64,000 nt of DNA from Octopus vulgaris (taxonomy: Eukaryota). The stretch covers positions 41,540,001 to 41,604,000 of the forward strand of contig OX597824.1 in assembly GCA_951406725.2 (NCBI GenBank). The letters run 5' to 3'. The notes beneath the pieces were generated by a model that saw only the letters and a list, made by a program, of their open reading frames with translations, was not told where the DNA came from and did no database searches. Every line of letters starts with the position of its first letter. Within the stretch, counting starts at the first letter, position 1. Made by a program: the position numbers and the translations under genes. Of the stretch, positions 14,047 through 25,194 are shown one piece after another.

Positions 14047-14474
14047 AATCTATCTATGTGTGTGTGTGGGGGGTATTTGCGCGTGTGTGTGTGTATGTGC
14101 GTGTGTGTGTGTGTATGTGTGTGTGTTTGTGTGCGTGTGTGTGTGTAGCGGACTAGTTTGCTAGTTACAAGATCAGTGATTGTATGACACTGTATTTTCT
14201 ATATATTGCAAGAGAGGTCAAACTAATGTCATGCCTGGCAAACGAGTGGCCACCAGTGAAGTGATCCCATAAGATCAAAATCAAGTGATCTGGTTGTCTC
14301 TGGGCTAGGGTGGCAGGAGTTCTCTTCCGCTTGCAATAAATATCGAATGCAAAAGCGCATTGAAAACCAGCTGGAGGAGATGTCTTCCTGGAGTTGAAAT
14401 AGCAGTATAGTCTGTTCTAAAAGAACACCCACGTTAAAGTGGCGATAAGTACTATCTCATATATATATAATAAT

Positions 14475-14545
<71 letters not shown>

Positions 14546-14657
14546 GGCAATTATGCGGATAAACAAATTAGATACATCAAATATACTAAATATATTAAAT
14601 ATATTACATACGTATATTTTGCATTTCATACACTAATTAATATACCCTAATTAATAT

Positions 14658-14787
14658 TGTTACGGAACGGAATCACCCGTCGTCGCCCTCCCGAACGGCT
14701 CACACAAGTTCCGCCACGGAGCCCAAAGAGGCGGAACTTGTGTGAGCCGTTCGGGCGGGCGACGACGGGTGATTCCGTTCCGTAACA
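14658..14787. repeat. 130-bp palindrome (58-bp arms, 1 mismatch, 14-nt loop) replacing the 5' LTR
   Basis: 14658-14715 is the reverse complement of 14730-14787; both match the 3' LTR end (~17897-17971). Confidence 0.97.
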
Positions 14788-14789
14788 AC

Positions 14790-14807
14790 TGGTGTCAGAA
14801 GTGGGAT
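14790..14807 (+). promoter_or_regulatory. Primer binding site, probably tRNA-Leu
   Basis: TGGTGTCAGAAGTGGGAT 2 nt after ...TAACA; complementary to the tRNA-Leu 3' end ATCCCACTTCTGACACCA. Confidence 0.88.
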
Positions 14808-14845
14808 TGTCCTGATTGCTGCGTTTCGATCGGTTCTTTTTCGCT

Positions 14846-16783
14846 ATGGATTTGTCTGGCTGTCAGACCGGAGACGAGGAGATTTCGCTTGCTCTGATTG
14901 TGGGGATGTTAAGGGGCCAGATGGCGCAGACGGACGCGTTCATGGAAAGGATGGACGAGAGGCGACAGGGCCTGTGGGCAGATCAGCGGGAGCTTGAGGT
15001 TGCGGATGGGTCAGCTTTGAAGGATCGGTGTTGGACCGAGGATAGCGACGGTCCTGTGGGCAGAGATTGCCCGTCGAACGAAGCATCGAGGGAAACAGAT
15101 AGTGAAGGAAGTGTTGCCGAAATCTGTGATGCTGGACCGGCTGTGTTTGCGGAACCTGGGCTGGTTGCCGAAATTTGTGACGCTGTACCCAAGAAATCTT
15201 GTGATTTGGAACCCGTAGAGGTTGAAGTAACCAAAAGGCCTGTGGAAGGTGTTATGGCTGATGCTGTTGTTCCATGTCTGGAGCCCTTGGCATCTCAACC
15301 CCAGTCTCTCGGAGCTCAGGACGAAGAGCTGGCGAGGTCTGGGGTGGATGTCGCTGAATCCGAGGTTCCGGCTCTGTGTGTGATGGTCGCGGCAGGTGTT
15401 GTGCCGTGTGCGGGTCCTTTGGTGTCTGGACTCCTGTCTCTTGGGGCCCGGAGGGACTGTATGGTTCCCACTGTGGAGAGGCCACAGGCGTGGATGGACT
15501 GGCGGCCGGGCGTGTGTGTTGTGAGGCCTGCGGTACGGAAGCTGGTGAAGAAAAGGACCAGGCCCGTTGACGAGGCGAGACGGCTGCGAACGGTGGTGGG
15601 TCCACCGAGTCCAGGAAGACTGCTTCAGCGTTGGGTGAGCTTTGTGGTTGATGGTTGCTTGGGGCCGGTGGAGCCCGACAGGCAGTGCCTAGTGAAAGCT
15701 CGATTGAGGGTCGGGTGGACCCTAGTGGAAGCAGAAGCTGGTGGAGCGCTGGCTGGGTCGGCCGATCTTTTGGAAGTGGCACAGGCGATTTGCAGAAGGC
15801 AAATCGAGGAATCGTGCCAGATGGCGAACCAGTGGTGGGGCCAGTTCTGCCGATACGGCAACGCAGTGGAAGGAGATGGTGGCCCACGGATGCAGTTGAG
15901 GAAGCAGTCCGCAAGGAGTCGCTGGTGCTTTGTTGGCACCTGGGGGAGCTCTGTGTTCGATGGTTGCGTAGGGCTGGTGGAGCCCGACATGCAGTGCGGA
16001 GTAAGAGCTCAGTTGAGGGTCGGCTGGACCCTGGTGGAGGCAGAAGCTGACAGAGCGCTGGTTGGGTCGGCCGAGTTATTGAAGGCTGCGCAGGCGATTT
16101 GCAGAGGGCAAATCGTGGAACTGCGCCGGACGGTAAACCAGCGGCGGGGTCAGTTCTGCCGGTGCAGAGATGAAGTTAAGGGAGTTCGTGGTCCGCTGAT
16201 GCAGTTGCGGAAGAGGCAACTGTTGGTGAAAAGCGCAGGACGTTGGTCGCGAGGGTTGTTGGATGCTGGTCGCACGGACCTGGCAGAACGTTTCGTCGAC
16301 CAAGGCGGTTGTCGCTTGAGGAGGCAGCGAGGCCGGAGGAAGGTCCCAGTACGGCAGCGCAAGAGGAGTTATCGGCGACGGGGAACAGTGGAAAAGCGGA
16401 ATGGTCCCTGGTCGTCAGCGATAATTGCGCGGAATGGGGATGGTACAGCAAGGTGCTACGTGGGCTATAGAGCCCTGAGGAAGGTGGCCACTGTGAAGGA
16501 TTGGCCGGACCCTGCCTGTGGAAGGGATTTGAGGAACTTCCTCGGACGGTGCGCCTATTGTGGGCGGCTAGTAGGAAGCCTGGCGGCGTTGGCGGAGGTG
16601 TTACCCAAGCCGCAGAGGGAAGGTGCCAACCTGTGGCTGGTGCTGAAGTGGTTGCCGTGGGAGGTGAGACCCCCGGAGGAGGGACCACCCAGGGGGACCT
16701 CCAGTTCCTGGAGCGTCTGCTGGAGCTCGCCCTCGGAGCTGCGGGTTTCTTATGCTTTGTCGGGTCGACAAAAGCTTAGGTAG
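14846..16783 (+). CDS. 645-aa ORF of the gypsy element; degenerate pol-derived, no RT catalytic core
   Basis: First ATG of the 14816-16783 ORF. GPWSSAIIARNGDGTARCYVGYRAL (RT N-terminal block) is fused in frame to VKDWPDP..RDLRNFLGRCAYCGRLV (thumb/connection); no YxDD, RNase H or integrase; stop lies in the PPT. Confidence 0.7.
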   Translation: MDLSGCQTGDEEISLALIVGMLRGQMAQTDAFMERMDERRQGLWADQRELEVADGSALKDRCWTEDSDGPVGRDCPSNEASRETDSEGSVAEICDAGPAVFAEPGLVAEICDAVPKKSCDLEPVEVEVTKRPVEGVMADAVVPCLEPLASQPQSLGAQDEELARSGVDVAESEVPALCVMVAAGVVPCAGPLVSGLLSLGARRDCMVPTVERPQAWMDWRPGVCVVRPAVRKLVKKRTRPVDEARRLRTVVGPPSPGRLLQRWVSFVVDGCLGPVEPDRQCLVKARLRVGWTLVEAEAGGALAGSADLLEVAQAICRRQIEESCQMANQWWGQFCRYGNAVEGDGGPRMQLRKQSARSRWCFVGTWGSSVFDGCVGLVEPDMQCGVRAQLRVGWTLVEAEADRALVGSAELLKAAQAICRGQIVELRRTVNQRRGQFCRCRDEVKGVRGPLMQLRKRQLLVKSAGRWSRGLLDAGRTDLAERFVDQGGCRLRRQRGRRKVPVRQRKRSYRRRGTVEKRNGPWSSAIIARNGDGTARCYVGYRALRKVATVKDWPDPACGRDLRNFLGRCAYCGRLVGSLAALAEVLPKPQREGANLWLVLKWLPWEVRPPEEGPPRGTSSSWSVCWSSPSELRVSYALSGRQKLR

Positions 16784-16790
16784 GGGGTAG

Positions 16791-17971
16791 TGTTACGGTT
16801 GGCTGAGTGCATTTCTGGTGACCCACTTAGGAATTATGGCACCATCATGTCTGGTGAAAATGTGACAGTCTTTTGTCTAATGGAGGACTGATGGGTTTTG
16901 GAAGGACCTGTGACCTCGTGCGGTTGAGAAAAGGGTCAGGAGAATGTGAGAGAAAAGGGACAGATTAAGGGCTGAGAGCAAATAGAGATAGGGTATAAGC
17001 AGTAGGGGACGGATGGAGAGGCTAAGAGACAGCAGGCGATATAGATAGAGTAAGGAATGAGATAGCAAATAGAAAGGCTATAAGAGGGAGATGAGGGAGT
17101 GGAGGCGAGGACAGAGACGAAGTGAAGTCCTGGCAGTCGTTGAGCGGTCGTCGAGGAACACAGACGGACTCTGGAGGTCAGAGCGAGTGGATGGAACCTT
17201 GGATTTAAGGAGCAAGCGTTGGAATTCCTGGGAGCGAGCTGGGATGCGAGGAGGCCTAGGAGCAAGCGACTGGAATATGCACAGAGGGGAATTAGCAGAG
17301 TATTCAGAGGATTTGGCAGTACGGAGAGATGAGGTGCAGAATGGGACACTGGCGATTCAGTTGGGAATTAAGGTATGTGATTGTGTATTGATGCGTGTCA
17401 CGATGTAAAGAGACAGTGAAAAGAAATGAACAGTGAAAAGAACAGTCAAGGACTTGTCGATATGTCGATTGTGGTATTTATGTTCAGAATTGTGTTGATA
17501 TGTGTAGAAAAAGATTATAAAGAACTGTGAACGTTATCTGTTGATGTGATTTGGGAAAAGAACTGTGTCTTCGGACGTGTACCTTTGAAATACTGTATAT
17601 GACTTGTTGTGTCTCCGGACTGTTATATTGTTACATGCTGTTGTATTATGCTTTGATCTGTTGTATTATGCTTTGATCTGTTGTATGATGTATTGAGTAG
17701 TCACGTGCATGTCTTCCTTTAAATGTCTGCCTTAAATGTATTTGATGTGTAGCAATTGTAATTGTCGTATAAACTGTTGTTTGAATATAAGCCAGTGTTG
17801 CCAGTTGTTGCCTTGCCTCTTTGGGTTGTATCTCGGGTTGTGCCTCTGTATCTCTGTGCTGTTGAGGTTGTGGCAGTATCTATCTGTATCTCCTCTCTCC
17901 GCCTCTTTGGGTTCCGTGGCGGAACTTGTGTGAGCCGTTCGGGACGGGCGACGACGGGTGATTCCGTAACA
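16791..17971 (+). repeat. 3' LTR (1181 bp)
   Basis: Follows PPT AGGTAGGGGGTAG; TGTTACGG...CCGTAACA 8-bp terminal inverted repeat. Confidence 0.9.
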
Positions 17972-17987
17972 ATATATTTAATATATC

Positions 17988-18088
17988 TTTCGGGGTCGAT
18001 AAATTAAATACCATTTGCGTACTAGGTTCGATCGAATCGACTGGTCCACTCCATCAAAATTTCGGGCCTTGTGCCTAGAGTAGAAAAG
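17988..18088 (+). mobile_element. 5'-truncated Meta-type SINE
   Basis: CTTTCGGGGTCGATAAATTAA...GGCCTTGTGCCTAGAGTAGAAAAG, flanked by AATATAT on both sides. Confidence 0.85.
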
Positions 18089-18415
18089 AATATATTTGAT
18101 ATATTTGATGTATCTAATTTGTTTATCCACATAATTGCCTCTATACCCGCTCAAATTGATCCCCCTTATCGCTTTTCTTTACCTTGTGGATTGACCCCCT
18201 ATGAAGAGATCGGAGCTTAAGTTTGAATGCTTCAAGCACTACTAAGTGTCTTCAAAACGGAGAATCTCTGAATCGCATCTGCGAACTATACGGGTGCGCG
18301 CATACAGATACACACAAATATGCGTTTGTGTGTCTTTATGTCTGTGCTTGTCACCCCGCCCAACCGCTTGAAAACCGGTGTTGGTATGTTTATACCCCGT
18401 AATCTAGTGGTTTGG

Positions 18416-18468
<53 letters not shown>

Positions 18469-18521
18469 ACTAGTAGAATCATTTTCGGGCTGCTGCCCCC
18501 TTGACACCCAGACCACTTTCT

Positions 18522-18562
<41 letters not shown>

Positions 18563-19096
18563 GTATATATGTATATATGTATATATATATATATATATAG
18601 CGTGTATGCATGGATGTATATACATGTATGTATATATGTGTATTAACATGTAAGTGCGTGTTTGTCTGTGCATAAACATTGTCTCTTACCTGGAACACCA
18701 GTGTGGGCAATCCAAACAAATTCAACGACGAAATACATGTAGAACCATTAATTAGGAGTATCTAATTACGAGCCAATTTCTCAGCGACACACAGAAATGA
18801 CTTGACACAAACGAAACAGGTAAACAATAATGCTTGAGAATAGCATGCACAGCTGCATAGCTACATAAATGCACATGGAAAGTCTCGTACAAATCGTAGA
18901 CGGGAGAACGCTGTGAAATGGGTTTGAATGCATAACAGTGAAAATGAATAAAATTTCTCGTACACTGTTTGCATATCCAAATACAATATTGTTCTTCTTC
19001 CGTACTAATGTTCCAAGTACAAGCAGCCAAGTCACAGAATGCAGGTTGTAGTGTGCATGATTAAACTATAAATTCATACACTTTGCTGTAAGTGTT

Positions 19097-19230
19097 GGAG
19101 GCGCAATGGCCCAGTGGTCAGGGCAGCGGACTCGCGGTCGGAGGATGGCAGTTTCGATTCCCAGACCGGGCGTTGTGAGTTTATTAAGCGAAAACGCCTG
19201 ATAAAACTCCACGAGGCTCCGGCAGGGGAT
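19097..19230 (+). mobile_element. tRNA-derived SINE head (GGAGGCGCAATGGCCCAGTGG family)
   Basis: A-box TGGCCCAGTGG and B-box GTTTCGATTCCC; same head at 33681 (+) and 52250 (-). Confidence 0.85.
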
Positions 19231-19519
19231 GCGTTTGCTTGTGTATGTTCGCGTGTGAGGGAGAGGAGGCACATAAGGATATAATGTATATATTTGCATG
19301 AGTAGGAAGGGGAAGAAGTAACAGATATCGGAGAGACATTCCTTTACGTGGACTATTGGACAACGATGTTTCGATGATGTTGCCACTCCTCAGTGTTTGT
19401 GTGTATGCGATATCTGTTATTTCTCTCTTGTCCCTCCTACTTATGTACATATATACATTACATGCCTCCTCTCTCTCACACACGCATGCATACGAACTCT
19501 TACACACACGCACACACAC

Positions 19520-19556
<37 letters not shown>

Positions 19557-19632
19557 TGTATCTATCTATGTATCTATGTATGTATGTATAGCAACTGCGT
19601 ATGTAATATAATCCACAATAACACTAAGAAAG

Positions 19633-19732
<100 letters not shown>

Positions 19733-19764
19733 CAACAACAATAATGATGATAGTAATACTAATA

Positions 19765-19973
19765 GTTCCAAATTTTACTTCAAGGTCAGCCATTTTGGTG
19801 GAGAGGAAAAGTCAATTACATCGGCCCCAGTGTTTCATTGTACTTGATTCATCGATCCCGATAGAATGAAAGACAAAGTTGTCCTCGTAGGAATTTCAAC
19901 TCAGAATGTAACGACGGGCAAAATAACACTAAGCATTTCGTCAGCGTATTAACAATTGTGCCAGCTCGCCGCT
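19765..19973 (-). mobile_element. Diverged Meta-type SINE
   Basis: Ends GCCAGCTCGCCGC, the reverse complement of the head; lies between triplet repeats. Confidence 0.8.
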
Positions 19974-19977
19974 TTAA

Positions 19978-20063
<86 letters not shown>

Positions 20064-20082
20064 ATAATAATAATAATAATGA

Positions 20083-20280
20083 TAGGAAGAAAGAAAAGTC
20101 GATATATATTACAGGTTAGCTTGGGAAGTTAAGCAGTTGTGGTCGATGAAAAAAGTAGCAGTAGTACCAATAATTGTCGGAGCCCTGGGAACAGTGAGCA
20201 ACAATTTCGAGAAGTACGTGGAACAAATAGAGGCTGCAATAAGGGTGGAGCACTTGCAAAAAACAACACTGCTTGGAACC
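20083..20280 (+). mobile_element. R4/Dong-clade endonuclease fragment next to (TAA)n
   Basis: WSMKKVAVVPIIVGALGTVSNNFEKYVEQIEAAIRVEHLQKTTLLGT; close to the 3619-4012 copy. Confidence 0.88.
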
Positions 20281-20644
20281 ACCTACGTAGAAAGACACTG
20301 TCATAGACACGTACAAACAGTAAAGACGATGATAATGATGATAGTGTTAATAGATTAAATATAATAACAGCAGTTCCTAGTTTTTCAGATTGTCTTTTAG
20401 TATATTAATCATTTAGATATGTATACTCCCATATAATTACACACACCTACGTAGAAAGACACTGTCATAGACACATACAGACAGACAAGCACTGGCACAA
20501 GCACACATATATTCATTATAACACCTGTGTGCGTGTACGTGTGTGCGTGCATATGTAAATATATATATATATACACACACATACACACACACACATATAT
20601 ATATATATATACATATACATACATACACATATATATACATACAC

Positions 20645-20743
<99 letters not shown>

Positions 20744-21797
20744 AAGCGAACTGCATATCTCAGTATATTTCCGGTGTGAAGTAATTCATTTCCGGCGTTA
20801 AGTAATTAGGATCAATAGCTTTGTGACTGACTGCATTGCTATCTGAGTCGTTATATAAAAATGTTAAAATTGATTCTGTGTTTTAAATTATGTATAATTC
20901 GGACCATCCTTGTTATCTTCGTATAAAACTGAATATATTCGGATATATTCAGGACGCCTTTTTAATATATATATATCTTTGTATAATGGTATAGTTTATA
21001 TGATAGACTAATTAATATCATAGAAATATGCAGTCATAAAATGTCTTATGTTACCTGATTTCAGAGTTATATAAATATTCTATTAAAGTATAACAGATCA
21101 TTTATGATTTTATTTCCCACATTTTCGATAATTCTATTTACTAATATATGTATTTCCGTTTTATATTCTGTGCATTCATTATTGTCTTGTTCTCATATGA
21201 AACCTGAACAGACTTATGATCAAAGACGTTTCGACTATGACCATGTCATCATGTCTTCTTTCGGATCTCATTGTACAGTTTATCCTTCTTTAGTGAAGAC
21301 TAGAGCGCTCTAATTTGTTTTGTACCAACTACAGTGTGGATTCCTCGTTGTCTCGTATAGGGATTATATCTAGTGGAACAGATATATCTCCTTAGTGACA
21401 GATTTCGTTTGTAGGTTTTAATAATTATGTCTGGTTTGTTTGCAGTAACTGCTGTATTGATTATATTGTATAGTCATAGAGAATGCTGTACTGACCATTA
21501 TTATATACTAGTTTGACTGGCTCTGGGTCGCAATAGTGCCAGTTATCAAACACTACTATATCTAACCAATCTTATGTCTGTTTCCAATGCGAGGAACTGA
21601 CCGAATCATTAGCACGCCGGGCATAATGCTTAGCAGCATTTTGTCCGTCTTTATTTTCTGAGTTCAAATTCCAGTGCGGTCGACTTTGCCTGTCATTCTA
21701 TTGGGTGCGATAAAAATGAGTACTAACCAGAATTTCAAGCCGTGTGCTTAGAGAAGAAATGATTATATTTGTTTCTATATGCTGATTGCCCTACTTA

Positions 21798-21889
<92 letters not shown>

Positions 21890-21954
21890 TATTATTATTA
21901 TTATTATTATTATCATCATCATCATTATTATTAGAAGCAAAAAAAAAGAAGAGT

Positions 21955-22985
21955 GCCATTGTTATCAAGTGAACGGTATTTCGGCATCTAGCATGTCTTC
22001 CATTCATATTGAATTTCTTCCTTGTTCTTCTGTCTAGCTTTGCTTGTTCAGTTTTGCCGAATCTACAAATGCTGCTGAGTATCTAAGTAATGATACTGCC
22101 CAAATATTTACAGCTTTTACTAGATTCGGGCCATTTACGTTGACTTCATTAGCTTCTTCACCCTTCTGATTATAGGCTTTCATATAATCTATGCATGCTA
22201 TCTTTCTAGCTTTTACTTCATTTAGAACTGCTTTGTCTATGTATAATAAATCGTGCGTTCCCCTCGCTTTCTTCCTGCAAACTTTCTGTTCTTCTGACCG
22301 GTGCTCGTAAATGCTTTTTGAAAGCATTCTTGTTAATAGGTTCCGCACTAATGGTAAGCAAGTGATTGGGTTATCGTTAATAGCTGTATTACCTTTGCTC
22401 TTATCTTTCATGATCAGTATTGTCCACCCTCTAGTCATCCAATTTGGTATTATTCTTCCATTAAGGCAATCTAGAAGTTGTTCCTTCAGCCTCTCATGTA
22501 AACTACTAAATTTCTTTAGCTAGTACCCTTGAACTAAATCTAGTCCAGGGCCCATCCAATTCGGCATTTTTCTTAGCCCTTTACTCATTAATGGATTGAT
22601 TAGTCTTAGATCTGGCTGCTTCTCACTCTCTACTTCTTTTCTCACTTTCTTTAACCATACTGAATTTTCATTATGATTGACTGGCTTACCCAAATATTAC
22701 TCCAGAACTTTCTAGCTTCTTCTGCATTAGGTTTCCCCTCTTCAGTACTTCTCTCTCCGCTATTTATTTGGTTATAAAATCACCTCTGGGCTCTCTTAAA
22801 TAATCTATTCTGTTGATACTGATCTATTTTTTTCTGATAACTGGAGAGCTTGCCTGCTACTGCTATGTTACGCTGTTGCAACTCTTCTATAACTGTCCTA
22901 AATCCTTTCTCTTTGACTAAGTATCTGTTCTCAAGGGAAGATTTGCATTTGTGTTTCCTAACTTGTTCAGTTTCCAGGTTTCTAT
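21955..22985 (-). mobile_element. R4/Dong-clade RT region, internally deleted pseudogene
   Basis: MPNWMGPGLD, PITCLP, EEQKVCRK..GTHDLLYID, IDYMKAY, NLVKAVNIWAVSLLRYS; stops and deletions; ends near (TAA)n. Confidence 0.88.
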
Positions 22986-23054
22986 TCTACTATTTACGTC
23001 TAGCCCAGCCCTAACATCAATATTTCACTTATGACTACCCTGTAGTTTTTAGAC

Positions 23055-23270
23055 ATAGCTGGAAGCATGGCTTTTTGGTATTAATCCTACTTCCCAAACA
23101 CGGGTTCCTGGGTTCAGTCCCAACCTTCGGTTGGTTAAATCTCTTCCACTATAACCAAGACCGACGTTAGCTGCATGAATGGATTTGGTAGACAGAATCT
23201 GAAAGAAATCTGTCGTATAATACATACATACATACATACATACACACATACGCACGCACAAACACAGACG

Positions 23271-23319
<49 letters not shown>

Positions 23320-23495
23320 ACTGCTTGACAAAGCATGTTGATTTGTTTATATCCCCGTAACTTAGCGGCTCGGCAAAAAGAAACGAATAAAAACCAAAAA
23401 TAAATTTTGGGGTCGATTTGTTTGACTAAACTCTTTAAATAGTTGCTCCAACATGGCCGAAATCCAATGAGTGAAACAAATATAAGATAAAAGAC
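23055..23495 (+). mobile_element. Diverged CORE-type SINE with internal microsatellite
   Basis: GGGTTCAGTCCC B-box, GGATTTGGTAGAC, CCCCGTAACTTAGCGG, GGGGTCGATTTG blocks. Confidence 0.8.
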
Positions 23496-23640
23496 GGTGT
23501 ATTTAAAACCACAATATCCTGTATTCACTTTTAATCATATATTATATTATTTGAAGATTTGGCTGCTATTTCTAACAAACAGGTCGAGCAACCGGATAGA
23601 GAATTCCTTCGGTGGTTCGTTGACTCCGAAGACTTATATA

Positions 23641-23690
<50 letters not shown>

Positions 23691-23789
23691 AGAATATGAC
23701 CGTACGTGAGGAGTTTCGGTGACATATTTCCCCTCTTGTACAACAGCGTCCGGTCGCATCTCAACATAACATAACATAACATAATATAA

Positions 23790-24699
23790 TGTTATATATG
23801 CCATAATACATGTTTGTATGCAGTGCCAGAGTAGATGAATAAAGGGACGCCAAAAACCGTTCTACTTTTATAAAGAGAAGATAGATTTTATTCACAGTGT
23901 ACAAAGTGATTTGTTATATTTAGCATAGTGTTGTGTCATGAATGCATGCTTATAATATTTGTGTCTGTGTGTTCGTGTGTGCGACAAAAGTACAGAATAA
24001 GGTTTATGCAAATACAACAGAGCATGAGAGGAGTCTCAACATTTTGAGTTAAAATGAAGTTATTTAACCAGTTCATGTAGTACACGATAATGAGTTCTAT
24101 ACAAGATTTGAGTCTCAGAGCTGAGATTAGTTGAGTCACTTGTTGTGCATATTTTTCTCTTGTCATAGATATTCTTTCAGATATATATACTGCAACTGTT
24201 TTTCCGTGGTGAGATTTTCACACTAACAGCATGAGTTGAATCTGTATTTATCGTGTTGTGTACAAGTTGAAATCTTCGTAGATGGAGACGATGTTGGTGA
24301 TGACGTTACGTCTGTCGATGGTTTACAATAGCGTCTTCATATTATGGTTGGCTTGGCTGTCATCTGCCTTTCGAACTGGAACATGGTTGAGTAAGCTCTG
24401 TGTGGCCTCCGATCAAGACCTTAAAAGGTCTTAAGCCAAAAGACAGTGAATCGTGATATATCAGCATATTTAAAGAGTTAAGATGGCTCAAGTGAAAAGT
24501 CCTATCCAAAAGCCGTGATTGGTCAGTTTACACACTGGCGCGAAGTAAGTAGAGAGACAGACCGCGCTTAGATGCTAACCAATCAAAATAGTGGACACAA
24601 CAAAGTTAAACTAGCCAAAGATATTTGTAATCTCAAACGAGATCATTCTTAATATTTTTCTCAAACAGTGAAGATAGCAATGAAGAAAACAATATTGCT

Positions 24700-24702
<3 letters not shown>
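23790..24702 (-). mobile_element. Candidate solo LTR
   Basis: TGT...ACA ends in an AT repeat context, two CCAAT boxes (~24517, ~24579), minus-strand AATAAA near the left end; TSD imperfect (ATAA/ATAT). Confidence 0.4.
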
Positions 24703-24769
<67 letters not shown>

Positions 24770-24932
24770 TATAGAGAGAGAGAGATAGAGAGAGAGAGAG
24801 ATGTACTTGCATAGCGAGTGACTTGATCTGAGATCGTGTGCTGGAACGAAAACAATTGCAGCGTGGAAGGTGTTTATAAGTCATTTAAGAAACACACAAA
24901 ACCGTTAGATTCACTTCAACATTTAAATTTAA

Positions 24933-24983
24933 TTTGTCAAAATATTTTCATCGCTTTGAGACCGCGACCTGTTCACTAACAAA
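24933..24983 (-). ncRNA. Minimal type I hammerhead-like motif with G3:C8 core (GUGAACA)
   Basis: Minus strand: uuuguua GUGAACA g GUCGC-loop-GCGAU GAAA AUAU UU ugacaaa. Confidence 0.55.
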
Positions 24984-25002
24984 ATTTCGTCCTGCACGAA
25001 GT

Positions 25003-25052
25003 TTTGTCAGTGAATAGGTCGCGTCTCAAAGCGACGAAAATATTTTGACAAA
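25003..25052 (+). ncRNA. Mirror hammerhead-like motif (core GUGAAUA)
   Basis: uuuguca GUGAAUA g GUCGC gucucaaa GCGAC GAAA AUAU UU ugacaaa; perfect 7-bp stem I and 5-bp stem II. Confidence 0.55.
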
Positions 25053-25128
25053 TTAAATCTAAATGTTGAGTAAATCTAACGGTTTTGTGTGTTTCTTAAA
25101 TGACTTATAAACACATCCCACGCTGCAA

Positions 25129-25174
<46 letters not shown>

Positions 25175-25194
25175 GAATGTGCTTCATGCAACCT

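Larger units (their letters stand above)
14658..17971 (+). mobile_element. Non-autonomous Ty3/gypsy LTR retrotransposon with a fold-back 5' end
   Basis: TGTTACGG...CCGTAACA termini, ATAT 4-bp TSD (14654-57 and 17972-75), PBS, PPT, 3' LTR, ORF with RT remnants; GC-rich island in AT-rich context. Confidence 0.92.
24800..25130. mobile_element. Penelope-like palindromic element between (TA)n/(GA)n tracts
   Basis: ~137-bp inverted arms (24854-24990 and 24996-25130), each with a hammerhead-like motif. Confidence 0.75.

Noticed and set aside
15252-16688. Antisense ORFs (220 aa, 170 aa) in the gypsy element
   Set aside because: Expected shadows of a GC-rich ORF; no motifs
14658-17971. DIRS element or DNA transposon, given the inverted termini
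   Set aside because: PBS, PPT, TG..CA LTR, 4-bp TSD and gypsy RT remnants; no tyrosine recombinase or transposase
19097-19170. tRNA gene (also 33681 and 52250)
   Set aside because: A/B boxes continue into a shared SINE body with no acceptor stem or terminator
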